DNA from: Cyanophora paradoxa CCMP329
Lineage: Eukaryota; Plantae; Glaucophyta
DNA length: 64,000 bases
Assembly (NCBI GenBank): GCA_004431415.1
Contig: QPMI01000035.1
Coordinates: forward strand, 1 to 64,000
Direction of reading: 5' to 3'
Position numbers and translations under genes: made by a program. Positions 11,908 to 23,814 of the stretch are shown here, piece after piece; the first letter of the stretch is position 1; each line of letters starts with the position of its first letter. A model generated the notes under the pieces. The model ran no database searches, was not told the DNA's origin, and worked only from the letters and a program-made list of their open reading frames with translations.

Positions 11908-14254
11908 ATGCCCGTCACTACTCTCACCGAGGCCAACTTCCACCAGGCGAGCCGTGCCGCCCGCAGCCTCGCTCACTCGCAGCCACCAGGCGGGGCTTGG
12001 CTGACTTCCGAACGCAGTTCCTGAAGGGGTCCACCATCACTGGTGTCAATGGCGCACAAGAGAAAGCAGTAGGATGTGCGCTCGGGTTTCCGGGACCTCG
12101 GAGGGCGCTGAGCGTGCCCTGACGGTTCCGCCCCGCAGCCCTGGTCGCAATCGACTGCAAAGACTGCAAGGTGAAGCACATGAAGCCGCGACCGCGCCGG
12201 ACTGGGTGCTAACGCCCGCATTTTGGCAGGGTCCGAGCATCAAGGCTGAGGACGTGGCCCGCCTGAAGGATGCGGTCGACACGATCGCCGCCGACCCCGC
12301 ATATGAGGATTACGTGCGCTGTGATCCCTCTCCGCGAGCGCACGCCCCATTCTGAGTCGAGGCTCCCAGGCGGTTGGATACATCGACTGCGGCCTGGCGG
12401 ACAATGCCAAGTTCTGCTCCAACACTTTCATGCAGTATCCGACCGTCGGTGCGACTTAGAAACCTAGAACAGCGGCCGGACAGCTGCCGACCGTCCCCGC
12501 AGGCCTCATGCTGGAGGGCGACCAGGCGCCGCTTACTATGCCCGGGAGCGTTACGGCCCAGCGCATCGGCGAGTTCATTAACAGCAAGGGCCACGTGCGC
12601 GAGATGCTTTGGAGCTCTCTCGCCGGCCACTGAGCGCCGGGGCGCAGATGAGCCTCTACGACCCGAGCGTGCACACCAACGTGACCGTGCGCTCCCACCT
12701 CTCTCTCCCTCCTCTCGCGCACCCGTCGAGCGCACCATGCAGGTCCTGAACACGGCGGATGAGTTCAAGGCGACGGTTCTGGACGCGGCGGCGCAGGGGA
12801 AGAGCGTGCTCGTTGAGTTCTACGCGGACTGGTGCCCGCACTGCCAGAAGCTCGTCGACGAGTTCGACTCGGCCGCGGGCGCCCTGAAGACCACCTCCAA
12901 GGTCGCCGGCAACGTTGAGGTCGTCGCCGTCAACTGCGCCAACGACAACGCCGGCCTTGAGAAGCTCTGCGCGGAGTACAAGATCGCCGGCTACCCGACC
13001 CTGCAGCTCTTCAAGCCGGGCTTCGTGGCCGGCACGGACACGCCCGTCGACTTCTCGCACCAGGTCCGGCCCGACGTGGCGACCATCACCACCTTCGTGG
13101 AGACGGGCGGCGACCTCAGCTCGATCCCGGTGCCGGAGCCGGAGGCGGCCCCGGTCGAGAACTTCCACTACCACAACATCGAGAACGTGGAGGGCGCGGA
13201 GCAGTTCGCGGCGGTTGTTCAGGGCGCCGGCGAGACCGAGGACGTCCTCGTGCAGTTCTACGCCGACTGGTGCGGCCACTGCCAGCGGTACCGCGAGACC
13301 TTCGACAAGCTCGCCCAGGAGATGAAGGACAAGCACCCCGTGCGCCCCGCCCCCTCGGCGTGGTTCGGGCCGCGCGTTTCTAACCGGCTGCGCGGCGCAG
13401 GGCCTTAAGGTCGTCGCCGTGAACTGCAACGCCGGCAACAACCAGGCCCTCTGCGATTCGTGCGCCCCGCCCCGAGCGCGCCCGGAGCGCCGGCCCGCGC
13501 GGGGGACCGACGCGCCCCGCGCAGCGAGGAGGTCATGGGCTTCCCCACCTTCAAGCTGTACACGGGCGCGGCGGGCGCCAAGGCGTCGCACGTGCACGAG
13601 CGCGGCCACCCGCAGGACTACGACGGCTGGAAGCCCTTCCTCGAGTCGCACGGGGCGGACAGCGGCGCCAAGGAGGCCCTCGAGTTCCGCCTGGAGAGCC
13701 TGGAGAAGGCGCTCGAGGACCTGCCGAACCAGCTCAAGGCCAAGATGGAGAACCTCGACGCCTCCAAGGCGGCGCTCGACGAGGCCAAGATGGCGCTCAC
13801 CGACAAGGCCGCCGACCTCGAGAAGGAGCTGCAGGACGAGATCACCAAGCTCGAGGCCGACTACACAGCCAAGTGTACGCCCCCGCCCCTCGCTTGACTT
13901 TCCGCTGCGGCCCGCGTCTGACGCGCCGGCGCAGACGGCCCCCGCACGGAGGAGGCGACGGAGGAGCAGCAGCTGGGCGAGAACACCACTCCCCCGGAGA
14001 ACATCCTGAACGACAACACCAGCGGCACTTCGGTGGCTGAGGAGTCGGCGGAGGCGGACACAGAGCTGCTGGCCTGCAGCTGCGGCAAGGCGGAGGAGGA
14101 CGCCGCATACGTGGTGCGCCCCCGCGGCGCCTGCCTGCGCGCCGTCTCGCAGCCGCTGACGCGCTTCCGGCAGGACGACTCGGCCGACTTCGACCTCGTC
14201 GGCGAGGAGCAGCTCGCGTTTGCGGCGCTCGTCGAGGAGGACATCGCCTGCTAG
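11908..14254 (+). CDS. PDI-like protein with three thioredoxin-fold domains, a coiled coil and an acidic tail
   Basis: Spliced model starts MPVTTLTEANFHQFLKG...LVAIDCKDCK...YIDCG...QYPTVG. Domain 2 is VEFYADWCPHCQ...GYPTLQLF and domain 3 is VQFYADWCGHCQ...GFPTFKLY. A heptad region (LESLEKALEDLPNQLKAKMENL) follows; the protein ends EEDIAC*. Confidence 0.85.
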
Positions 14255-14628
14255 TGTCGCGTGCACGCCGCCGCTTCTTTTTGCTGCCCTTTCAAACAGT
14301 CGTGTTCTGCCTAGTGCTCAGTTCAGTTTAGGCCAGCCGCAGTCTGGTAGGTCCAGGTTAGTGTATGAAACTGAAAAGTACAAAAAGCAAATATTCTTTC
14401 ACAAGTGTCTGGCCATGGGGTCGCCGGCCGCGGAGCACTATAGCTAGTACTAGTGTGAATTGGTCCCAACTGCAGCCAGTACCCGGCTGGAGCTGGCTTG
14501 CAGTGGCTTCACGCTTGAAGTTGTTGAGTACCTCGTACGTATACGCACACCGGGATGCCCACGGCCTTCAGCGTGGCCTGCGCGGCGCCTGCAGCTGCGC
14601 GCCTCAGCGCGATCATCTCGCACGAAAC

Positions 14629-15155
14629 ATGCGTCAGTAGGCACGACACAGCCACCGTCGCGTCGGCCCGGCCGCCGCGTGCATCGGTCGCACGCGCACC
14701 TGCAGGAGCACCCTCGCGCGCCGCCGCCTTCCTCGCTGGCCGCTGCTGGTGGACGGGGAGTCGGCCGCTGCGTTGCGCACAGCCAGCCGCGACACCCGCA
14801 GCGCTCCCAGCAGCGGCTCCGGTCGCCGCCGCTCTGACGCCTCTCTTCGCGGAGAACGCGGTCGAGGAGTTCTTGCTCTCGCACCCGGACCTCGTCGATA
14901 ACGTGTCGGGGTGCGCCCTGTCCAAGCGCCTCCAGCGCTAAAGCTTCTGCGAGCCCCGGCCTGCAGCTGCAGCCGTGCTGACCGATCTGGCAGCGCTTTC
15001 TACATCGTGTTCCTGTCGGCATGCCTCATCGCTTTCTTTGTCGCCGATGCTGTGAGCGCCGCGGGCCCTCGAACTCGCGCGCGGCCCCGCCCTCTCAAAC
15101 CTACGTGTACGTATACGCGCAGAAGCAGCAGGAGAAAAACAGGCGCGGCAAGTGA
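14629..15155 (+). CDS. Small (~100 aa) single-pass membrane protein, possibly organelle-targeted
   Basis: Four exons joined by GT-AG introns stay in frame: MRAPSRAAAFLAGRCWW...ENAVEEFLLSHPDLVDNVSG/AFYIVFLSACLIAFFVADA/KQQEKNRRGK*. The first exon is the least certain. Confidence 0.55.
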
Positions 15156-15262
15156 TCATGACACGGCCCCCGGCGCCGCGGCGACCCCTGATCGATCGAA
15201 AATGCACTTCGATCGAAAATGTAATGCACTAATACAGACGTAAAGCGGCGAGGGAACTAACC

Positions 15263-18200
15263 CTAGCCCTGCCGGTAGTTCGAGTAGAAAGAGGCCGCCG
15301 AGGGCGCGTCGTCGCGGTACCCTCCGTCGTAGGGCTGCCACCCGCCGGGGTCCCCGTCGGGCGCCCCGGCGCCGTACGGGTCGGACCCGCCGGCGTACTC
15401 GCCGTACCCGCTGCCGCGGCCGGCCCCCTCCCGGTACGACTCGGCCCCTGAGGAGGGTGGCGGCCTCCCCGCCGCGCTCCCCGGCCGCCTTGCGAGGCCG
15501 CGTCAGGGGCGGAGGGGCGCATCCCAGCGGCGCGCTGCCTCACCCTTTCCTGTCCTTCTTCGCGAGGAGGACCTGGGCGGGGCGCGGTGCGTGGGCGGCG
15601 GGGGAAGGTGGCAGGAGGGGGAGGCGGGCGCGGGGGCGAGGGCACCTGGAGGTTGTGTAGCGCGGCGGAGAGCGTCGCGTTCTCGTGGCGGGCCTTCTCC
15701 AGCGCCGCCCGCAGGCCCTCGTTCTCGCCCCTGCAGCGAGGGCGCGGGCCCGGGGTGGGTGGGTGGGGGGCGGGGCGAGGGGGCGGGCAGCACCGCAGGG
15801 CCTCGAGGTCGCCCCCCCCCTCGCCTCCCCCCGGGGGTCCCTGGGGCCGCGCCGGGGAGCCCTCGACGCTCCGGAGGCCCGGCGCGGGGCGGGCGGCCCT
15901 TGGGGGGCGTCAGGGGGCGGCAACGGGCCGGCGAGGAGAAGGGGAGGGAAGGGGGCGGGCCTGGGCTCGGGGCGCCACTGGCCGACGTCGAGAAGCTCGT
16001 CGGGGGCGGCGTTGGAGCCGAAGACGCGCTCCAGCGCCTCCAGCTTCGACGCCAGCCGCTCCTGCCCGCGACGCTGAGGCAGGGGGCGGGGGGGGGGGGG
16101 GGGGGGGGGGGGGGAATGAGGCGCACGTTCTCCCCGACGATGTCCTGGAAGTCCCGCTCGCCCACCTCGCGGGCGCCCCGCAGCGCGTCCTGGCCCGCGG
16201 CGTCGGAGGGCGCGGGGAGAGGGGGAGAACGGGAGGGGTTACGCACGTTCTCGGCCTGCATGCGCTCGACCTCGACGGCGTACTGCTGGAGGAGCCCGTG
16301 CGCCTGCTGCAGCTGCCGCAGCAGCTCCGCGTGGGGGTACGGCGCCGTAAGGATCGCCGGCGGGCCCGCCGCCGGGCGCACTGCCGGGCGGGGCGTCACG
16401 GGTGCGGCCGGGGCGGGGCGGGCGGCGCACGGGGGGAGTCAAGGCGGCGGGCGGAGAGGGGCGCTGGTCCGGGCCGCTGGGGGCTCTCAGGGACGTCCGA
16501 GTCCAGGGGCGGCTGCGGCTGGGAGCGGGAGCGGGGACCCGCGGCCCCGAGCCGCTGCGCGCGGGGCAGGCCCGTGAGGCCGGCCCGGCGGCGACCGCCC
16601 CCGGACCCCATGGGGCGGCGCACTCGGCGGGGAGGGGGAGGAGGCGGGCGGGGCCGGCCCCGTCGGATGCGGTGGCGCCCTGCGCGGGGCGTGGCAGGCG
16701 CCCCCGCGAGGGCGGCCGGGCGGGGCGGGCGGGCGGGGCGCACGCTGTGGGGCCGCCCGGGCCGCCGCCGCCGGAGCGGGGCGCAGAGGACCTGCGGTCC
16801 CGTGAGGGGCGCCCAGAGCCGCGCTCCCGCGCCGGCGCACGAGGGGGGAAGCCGCGGAGGCGGCGCGGGCTGGAGGCGCGGGTGCAGGTGGGGGCTGGCG
16901 GCGGGGGCGTGGTGGTGGCTCGAGGCGGGCGGGAGGGGCGGCAGGTCCTGCAAACGGGCCGCTCAACGCAGCCCAAACCATGCAGATAGATAGGCAGTGA
17001 TGGGGGCACCTGGAGGGCGGCGGGCCCGTAGACGGCGGCGAGGCTCTGCTTGAGGAACGAGTTCTCGTTCCGCAGGAGCGCGTTCTCCCGCCGCAGCGCC
17101 GCGATCAGCGCCTCCGACGCGTCCATCTGCCGCCGCGCTGAGAGGGGGGGGGGGAGAGGGAGGGGGGTAGGGGCGCGCCTGGACGACGGGCCGGTTGCGG
17201 ATGTGGCGGGCGCGGCTGGCGTAGTAGAGGGTCGAGCAGGTCTCCTCGAGGTGCCTCGCGGAGGGCGCGCAGCAGGCGATCTGCGGGGGGCGACCGTGGG
17301 CGGGGCGGGGTGGAGATCCGAGGGCGGGGCGGGGCGGGCCATGAGGGTGAGGGAGGAGCCGCCGAGGGAGTCCATGAGGAGCTTGGTGAGCTTCGAGTCG
17401 CGGTAGGGCACGTGCGTGCTCCCCTTCTCCCCCAGCGCCGAGATCACCTTGCCTGGCCCCGGCTCCCATCAGAGCTGCCGCGGGCGCGGGGCGCGGGGCC
17501 GAGCGGCGCGGGAGACCGGGCGGTGGGCCGGGCGGGGCGGGCGGGGGCACCGAGGGTGAAGAGGGAGCGGTTGATGTTCGTCGTCTCCTTCACCTGGCTC
17601 CCCTCCGACTTGCTGTCCTTCAGCCGCTCGCTCCCTGGCCCCCGCGCGCTCTCAGCGGGGCGGGGCGCCCCGAGAAGGGGCCCGGGGGCACCGGCGAGGT
17701 CGACGAAGGAGACCTTGCCGTAGCGGGCGACGGGGCGGCCGTCCACGGGGTCCGGCACCTCGTGCTCCAGGAAGACCTGCCGCAGAGGCGGCCTGGCTCG
17801 CTCCGGAGGGCGGCGGCGGCGGCGGCGGCGGGGCTGGCGGGGCGCTTGAGCTTCGCTCGCACGGTCATGATGGAGTGGCTGCGGGAGGAGTCCTTGTTGA
17901 GGGCGTGCGAGCCGACCGTCCGGTTCCGCGTCCCTGGAGCGGGGCTTGAGCCGGGGAAAAGAGAGGAAAGAAAAGGAAAGAGGAAGGGGGGCGGGCACCC
18001 TCCTGGAAGACGGCGGTGACGTCCTCCATCGTCTGGCACTCCACCACGAACAGGTTCTCCACAAAGAAGCCCTAGGGTAGGCGCAGGGTCGCCGGAGGAG
18101 GACGGAGGGGGCGGCGGGGGCGCGGCGCGGGAGGGAGGGAGGGGGGGCGGACCTGCTTCGAGCTGTAGCGGATGGGCAGGTTGCCCGAGCCGACGTTCAG

Positions 18201-18936
18201 GAGGTCGAAGATCTGCGGCCGGCGCGGCCGTCGGCCACGGCGCTGGCTCGGGGCCGACTCGGGCCCGCGGATGGACCTGCTCGTTGTAGATCTCGAGGTA
18301 CGAGGCCCTCACGGTGTAGCGCACGCCCGGCGGGGCGCGGGCGATCTCATCGAACATGTACTGGATGGAGCGCGGGATCAGCCCCTCGGTCCCGTTGCGT
18401 TTGAAGGAGGTGTCGGAGCCGATGATCTCCTCGACGCCGCTCATCGAGTAGGTCTTCCCGCTCCCCGTCTGCCCGTACGCGAAGACGGTGGCCGCATAGC
18501 TGCACGCGCCGGAATTAGATCGAGCGGCACGGGGGCGCATCGTAGCTAAGGCAGGCAGCCGCCGGCTCGCCGCTGGCCCCGCACCCGCGCAGCGCCGAGT
18601 CGATTAGCTGGATCACCCCGCTCTGCTCGAAGATGGTCTGCTGGACCGCATACTCATCGAAGACCCTGTTGAACTGGAACGCCTTCGCGCCCATCGTCTT
18701 GCCGGGCATCCCGCCCACCTGCCAGAGGCGTTGCAGCCCGACCCGAATAGCTACGCGCTGCAGGCGACGCGCACCTGAGCAGTGACCCCATCTTCGCTCG
18801 TAGATATGCAGACGGTCTCGCCGCGCTGGTACTCGCCCTCGCTGAGCGGCCGGATGCGGACGACGACGCGGACGTTGTCGCCGGGCGCCGCCGGGCTCGG
18901 CGAGCCCAGCGGGCCCGAGCCTGCATGCGCAAGCAT
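15263..18936 (-). CDS. N-terminal motor kinesin, KIF12/kinesin-16-like
   Basis: Motor motifs [23 protein letters not shown] (P-loop), [23 protein letters not shown] (switch I), FVDLAGSER (switch II) and [32 protein letters not shown], followed by coiled coils. TAG at 15263-15265. The subfamily call rests on motif recall. Confidence 0.9.
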
Positions 18937-19135
18937 GCAGCGGGCTGTCGCTAGAGGCGTACGGGCGCTCTCAGGCTGGTGCTCATGCTCATCGGCTCGG
19001 GCTCGTTACTTCGTTCGCAATATGCCGACCGGTACCCCCGAAGGCCCCCGCCAAAAAAGCTTAAGCGGCCCCGCGGCCGCCTATAGTCTTCAAGCGGCTT
19101 CAAAAAACGAGCGCTGCAGCGATCGACAAGCCTGG

Positions 19136-22100
19136 CTACTCGTCCAGGAGCTGCAGGGAGGGGCGGCGGCCCTGGGGCCCGTGCTGCGGGCCCCCCCCGT
19201 CGAGCACCTCGCGCATGACGGCGTACATGTCGTCGGCGCCCCGCGCCCCCGCGACGCTCCCCCGCCGGCTCCGCGCCGGGGACCCCGGCCTCGGCGACGG
19301 CGGCGGGCCCGGGCTCTGCGCCCCGGCGGCGCGGGCGGCGTCGCGGGCGGCGGCGCCGCCCTCGGCGTGGCTCGCGGCCTGGGCGGCCAGGCGGATGAGG
19401 AAGGAGGAGGAGCGGAGGCCGGCGTTGGAGGGGCGGCGGGAGGCGGCCCCCGCGGCGATGGGCCCGAGAGGGAGGGGCCCGCCTCCGCCGAGAGGGGCAC
19501 GGGCCCGTCCAGCCACTCCTCGGGCACCTCCCGCCCTCCCAGGGCGCGAAGATCGCCGCCTGGCCCCGCGGCGCCTCTGCGTGCCGGTGCGCCTCAGCGG
19601 AGCGGGCCGGCGGGTCGGCGGGGGCGGGGCGCGCCGCGGGGGTCTTGGAGGGGAGGCCGGCGCGCTGGCGCCCGTCGCCTCGCTCCCGTCGTCCGACTCG
19701 CCCCCCGAGCGCGGCCCCTTCCGCCGCCGCCCCTTCCGCTTCTTCTTCGTCGACGGCGTCTTGCCCCCGACCGTCCCCTGCGTCCCGCAGCCCCGCCCCG
19801 TCAGCGGCGGGGCCGGCAGGCCGGCGGCGGGAGGGCGCACTCTCCGCCGCTGGCGAAGCTGACGTCGCCGGCGGCGGCGGCGGGGACCGGTCGCGCTGCG
19901 TGCGCTGCGAGCGGCGCCCGCGGAGGGAGCCGGCCGGGGAGCGGTCGCGGAGGGCAGCGGCGGCGGCGGCGAGGGCGGCGGCGCGCTCCTTGGAGGGGTC
20001 GGCCTGCAGGTACTTCCGGAGGTCGCCGAGGGCGCCGCTCTCGAGCAGCTCGCCCACGTCGCGCTCCATGGCCGCCGCCAGCGCCGCCTCGCCCAGGCGG
20101 CCCGGTCCCCCGGGCCCCGCGCCCCGCCCAAGGTCGCGGCCGAGGGCAGGAGCCGCTGGGCCGAGGCGGGGGGCGAGGGCCCCGAGGAGGCCCGGCCCGA
20201 GCCGGTCCGCGACGGCGTCGCCCCGCCCCACGCTTGCCGGGCGTCTCGGGGGGCGTCCCCTTCGGGTCCCGCCTCGGCAGCAGGTCCGGCCACTGCGCGG
20301 CGGCCGCCGGCGAGTGAGCCCGGCGGAGGACGCCTGCGCGGGCCCGCGGGCGCGGGGCGCACGGGCCAGACGTAGGCCGGGTCGCCGAGCTCCTCGGGGC
20401 CTGCGGGGCCGCCCGCCGGCGGTGAGGCGCGCGCGGGGGGGGGGGGGGGGGGGGGGGGGGGCGTCGGGCGGAGCGGGCGGGGGGCGGCGCACGCCGGGGA
20501 GGCGCGCGGGGAGGAAGGAGAGGATGGCGAGCTCCTCCTCGAGGGCCCGCCGCACCTGCGCCGCCTCAGCGCAAACCGAAGCGGAGCGGGGGGAGGGGCG
20601 GGCGCGCCTGGGCGATGAGCTCCCGCTCGCGCTCGACGGCGCGGCCCGAGGGGTGCACCAGCTGCATCTGCGCGCGCGACGCTCGCCCAGAGCCGAGGCC
20701 GGCCGCGGGGGCGGGCGGGCGCGCCTCCTCGCAGCGCTTGAGGTAGTCGGCGACGAGGGCCTCCTCGACGGGCCGCAGCGCAAGCACCTCCCGCCGCGCC
20801 CGCGCGTACTGCGCCGGGCCTTAGATGGATCCGAAGCCCAGTTCGGCTTCGGAAAGCTTAGATCCCCCGCACCGCGCGGGCGACGGGCTGCAGGCGGGGG
20901 AGGAGCTCCCGGATGCGGCGGCGCTCCTCCTCCAGGCCCTGCACGCCCCGCCCCCGCCGCTCAGGCGCGGGGCGGGGGCCGCGGGCGGGCTGGCGGGGAC
21001 CGCACCTTGGCGCACGCGGCGATGGCCTCCCGCGTCGCCTCCATCGCCCCCGCCATCTGCCCCGGCGGCTCGGCCGCGCTCCAGCGGCGCTCGCGAGCGC
21101 CGCGCCGGGCCGCGCCACGCACCCGCTGGCGCTCCGCGTCGAGCGCCGCCAGCCGGTGCCGCGCCGCCGCCAGGTCCCGATCGGGCCCTGCGCCGCCGCC
21201 GCCGCCCCGCCGCCCTCAGAAGGCGAGGCGGGCGGGCGGGCGGGCGGGCGGGCGGGGCCCCGGCGAGCTCGCGCGCCTTGACCTCGCCCGAGGCGCGGGC
21301 CTGGAGCTCCTCAAAGCGGAACTGGAGGCGGCGCCGCTCCTCGGCCGCCAGCTCCAGCTCCGAGGCGAGCGCCTTCCGGATCGCCGCCTCGTCTCCCTTG
21401 AGCGCCGCGATCTCCGCCGCCGCCTCCTCCTCGAGGTCCACCACGGCCCCGCGGGCGCTCCCCAGCCGCCCCGCGCTCTGCTCCCGCCACCGCGCCGCCT
21501 CGTCCAGCCGCGCCTTCTCCTCCTCCAGCCCCTTCTTCTTCTGCGGGGGGCGCCCGCTCAGCGCCCGGGCGGCGGCGGGCGGCGGACGGCGGCGGCGGCG
21601 CTCGCACCGCCTCGACGGCCCGCGAGGCGCCGAAGACGCGCGCGGCGATTGGGCCCGCGTGGGCCGACGCCGAGGCCGGCCGCGGCGGCCGCGGGCCCTG
21701 CTCGGGGGCGCCCTCGCCGGCCCCGCCGCCGCCGAGCTCGGCCGCTGGCGCGCGGAGGGCGCCGAGGCCTGCGGCGGCTCGGGCTCGCGCGGGCAGCGCC
21801 GCCGGTGACGAGCGGGGCGGTGAGGGCGTCGCGGAGAAGGCCGACGCCAGGCGGCTCGAGGAGGGGGCCGGCGTGGAGGCGGCGCCCCACGCCTCGGCGA
21901 CGCCCGCCGGCGGGCCGTCGCTCGGCGCGGGCGGGCGGCCGGCGCCGAGCCGGGGCGCCGGGCTGGCCCGAGCAGGGGCGGCGCGGTGGGAGGAGAGGAG
22001 GGTGGTGGGCGGGGCGGGCGGCGGGTCCGCAGGGTCGGAGGGTACCGGGCGGGCGGCGCTCGGAGGCGGTGCCCCGGGTGGTGCCGCGCCGAGAGCATCC

Positions 22101-23532
22101 CGGCAAAGGCGGACGGCGAGAGGGCCGCTCCGGGGCCCGCCCAGCTGCCCCGGCGTCAGCCGGCTCGAGCGTCGGCCCCGGGGCGCGCGCGCGCGCACCG
22201 TGCGGGCGGAGAAGGGCCGGGGGCACCCCGCGGGCGCGCCGGGCACGTGGAAGATGCCGACCGCGCGGCCGACCCGCAGGCGCCGGGCCGAGCGGCCCGG
22301 CGGCGCGGCCGGCGGCGCGGCGGCGTGGTCGGAGTGGAGGGAGCCGAGGGGCAGGGGCGGCACGGGCGGGGCGGGGCGGGCCCCGGGCCCCGGCTCGAGG
22401 TCAACGTCGGCGTCCGGGGGGTACGACGCGGACTCGAAGGGCTGGGCCGTGGGCCGGGCCGAGGGGAGCTCGCGGACCTCGCAGCGGCGCGCGCCGTGGA
22501 TGAGGAGCTGCGCGCCAGCGCCGGCGCCGTCAGAGGCGAACGAGGAGCGAACGAAGTGCACAAGGGGCGGGCCTGGCCGTCGGGCCCGGGGAGGAGCTCG
22601 AGGACGAGCGCGGTGACCGCCACGGGGTGCGCCCCCTCGAGGTACTCCACCAGGCGCGCGGCCGCCCCCGCCGCCGCCTCGAAGGCACCCGCCCGCCCCT
22701 CCCCCTCCCCCTCCTCGGCCTCCCCGGCTTCCGCGTCCTCAGCCGAGGCCGGGGCAACGGGCACGGGCGCGGGCGAGGGGCGGAGGCGGGGGTCCATGGC
22801 GTCGTCCACGTAGGCGTCCGAGTACCGCAGGCGGGAGACGGCGAAGGAGGTCGGGGCCAGGGTCGTCCCGGGGGCGCGCCCCGCCGGCGGCGCGAAGGTG
22901 ACGAGGTAGAGCTCGTCGCGGAGGGGCGGGGCGTAGGCCTGGAGGAGGGCGGTGTAGGCGGGGTCCATGCGCTGGAACTGGGCCGCCTCGACCTCCCGCA
23001 GGCTCTCCGTCAGCGCCACGAAGTCGTCCAGCGGGAGCAGGCCCGCCGAGGCCGCCTTCCACGGGCCCCCTGCCCCCGCACCCATCGGCGCCCCGCGGGG
23101 AGGGGGCGCGCGCGGGCGCCGGGGGGCGGCGCACCGCTCGGGCGCCGGACGAGGGCGACGAAGGGCTGGTCCAGCGCGTCCCCCGCCGTGAAGCGCTGCC
23201 GCAGCGCGTTGATGCGGACCTTCTTCCGCAGCTGCCCGTCCTTCTTCAGAACGTGCCTCAGCACCTGCCGCCGCCATGAGCGCCAGGCGACGGAGGCGCC
23301 CAGGGCGCAGCCGGCCCAGCCTCCCACCTGGCCCGTTTGCTTGGAGGTGAAGAGCCACATCGTGATGAAGCCATTCTGGTAGAGGGCGACGTCCGGACAA
23401 GGGACGGAGAGCTTGGGCGCGCCCGGCGTCGTTTGCTGCGGGGCGCCGTAAGCGCAGCACGCCGCGCTGCAGCAAGATCGCACGCACATATCCCAGCAGA
23501 AAGTAGAAGAAGAGCTCGTCTTTCCACCGCAT
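19136..23532 (-). CDS. Uncharacterised protein: globular N-terminal region, central coiled coil, low-complexity tail
   Basis: Spliced N-terminus MRWKDELFFYFLLGY/QTTPGAPKLSVPCPDVALYQNGFITMWLFTSKQTGQ/VLRHVLKKDG. Coiled-coil exons include KKKGLEEEKARLDEAARWRE and LRPVEEALVADYLKRCEE. The model ends ...LQLLDE*. Internal exon structure is partly unresolved. Confidence 0.65.
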
Positions 23533-23814
23533 TGCAAAGTTAGCTAGACTTGTTTGGAAGCGGCTGCCGCTGGTGTTGGGGACCGTCAGGGCAAGCTGAG
23601 ACTAGCTGCTGCTGCGCCCGAGTGCAAGGGGCAGCAGGGACGACGCGCCTGCAGCCCGCGCCATGCGCTCCTGCCAGAGGCGCTGACACCGCAAGCGACT
23701 ACTTAACGCCAGCTGCCAAACGGCCGAGCTGCCGAGGAGCTCCTGAGGGGCGCTTTCAAGTTCGCTCAAACCTTGGGGGTACCCGTCGCGGTTCACAAAA
23801 CTTCGCGGCAAAAG

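Noticed and set aside
18936-19136. Fusion of the unknown coiled-coil gene to the kinesin
   Set aside because: There is an in-frame TAG at 19136 and I found no splice path that keeps the frame.
19645-22503. 952-aa plus-strand ORF and many other long Arg/Pro/Gly/Ala-rich ORFs across the window
   Set aside because: These are artefacts of stop-codon scarcity in very GC-rich DNA. They run antisense to, or through the introns of, recognisable spliced genes.
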